Shown piece after piece: positions 63,436 to 64,000 of a stretch of 64,000 nucleotides of DNA. Origin of the DNA: Camelus dromedarius (lineage: Eukaryota); assembly GCF_036321535.1 (NCBI RefSeq), contig NC_087437.1:35094001-35158000 (forward strand). Direction: 5' to 3'. A program made the translations under genes and the position numbers. Numbering within the stretch: position 1 is the stretch's first letter; every line of letters begins with the position of its first letter. The notes below the pieces were generated by a model that saw only the letters and a program-made list of their open reading frames with translations, was not told the origin of the DNA and made no database searches.

Positions 63436-63730
63436 TCTTTTCTGTATTCTTTTTTTACTATGGTTTATTACAGGATACTGAATATAGTTCCCTGTGCTAT
63501 ATAGTAAGACCTTGTTGTTTATCTGTTTTATATATAGTAGTGTATGTCTGCTAATCCTGAACTCCTAATCTGTCCCTCCCCCACCCCCTTTCCCCTTTGG
63601 TAACCGTAAATTTGTTTTCTATGTCTGTGAGTCTGTTTCTGTTTCGTAAATAAGCTCATTTGTGTCATATTTTAGATTGTGATATCCTATGGTATTTGTC
63701 TTTCTCTTTCTGACTTACTTCACTTAGTAC
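63346..63730 (-). mobile_element. LINE-1 3'UTR fragment
   Basis: 'ttagtttctggtgtacagcaaag', 'gaatatagttccctgtgctatatagta'. Confidence 0.85.
63382..63432. repeat. Perfect (AC)n microsatellite, about 25 units
   Basis: Seen directly. Confidence 0.97.
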
Positions 63731-64000
63731 CATCAAAGCCTTTTCAAGCTCTAGAATTAGTGTTGGGCTATCTTAATCCCTAGGAACAGCCCTACTACTG
63801 ATGTTTTGGTTAGTCAGCTTTGATGATGCAAAGTACCTAGAGAATAACATTCTGTTTCTTGGTGGAAAATTAGAGTCCTTTCTTCCCATCAGAAGTATAA
63901 AGACTCTTGATGAGATATAGTGAAGCTTTAAAAGCTGGAGAAAACAGTAAAAATATATAAAGTTTGTTTCCATCAACCTCTCAAAAAGAGGGCAGCCAAT

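Noticed and set aside
1..64000. CRISPR arrays, rRNA, prokaryotic operons, CpG-island promoter
   Set aside because: None seen; the sequence is CpG-depleted mammalian DNA.

Overview
Mammalian, AT-rich, CpG-poor, repeat-dominated genomic DNA. It is most likely camelid, judged from two tRNA-Ala-derived Vic-1-type SINEs and artiodactyl-type L1 3' ends. I can support no intact protein-coding gene, and nearly all tracked ORFs are spurious or lie in repeats. The one recognisable cellular gene sequence is a minus-strand processed pseudogene of MAD2L1BP (p31comet) at about 59412-60865. It joins the first 46 coding nt directly to the C-terminal coding block, consistent with an exon-skipped mRNA, and it is interrupted by an antisense-oriented solo LTR. 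Other notable structures are: (i) a decayed class III (ERVL/ERV-S-like) provirus at 39841-45244 with a tRNA-Arg-like PBS and gag, RT and env-TM remnants, whose middle is replaced by an LTR-less ERV1-like internal segment; (ii) two L1 copies that share the same ORF1-end to ORF2-C-terminus junction (HAL1-like); (iii) a multiply nested L1/L1/Tigger1 cluster at 10.9-17.2 kb; (iv) a strong CTCF-like motif at 7085; and (v) weak candidate plus-strand exons. All repeat family names come from recalled consensus sequences by eye, and boundaries are approximate unless a TSD is quoted.
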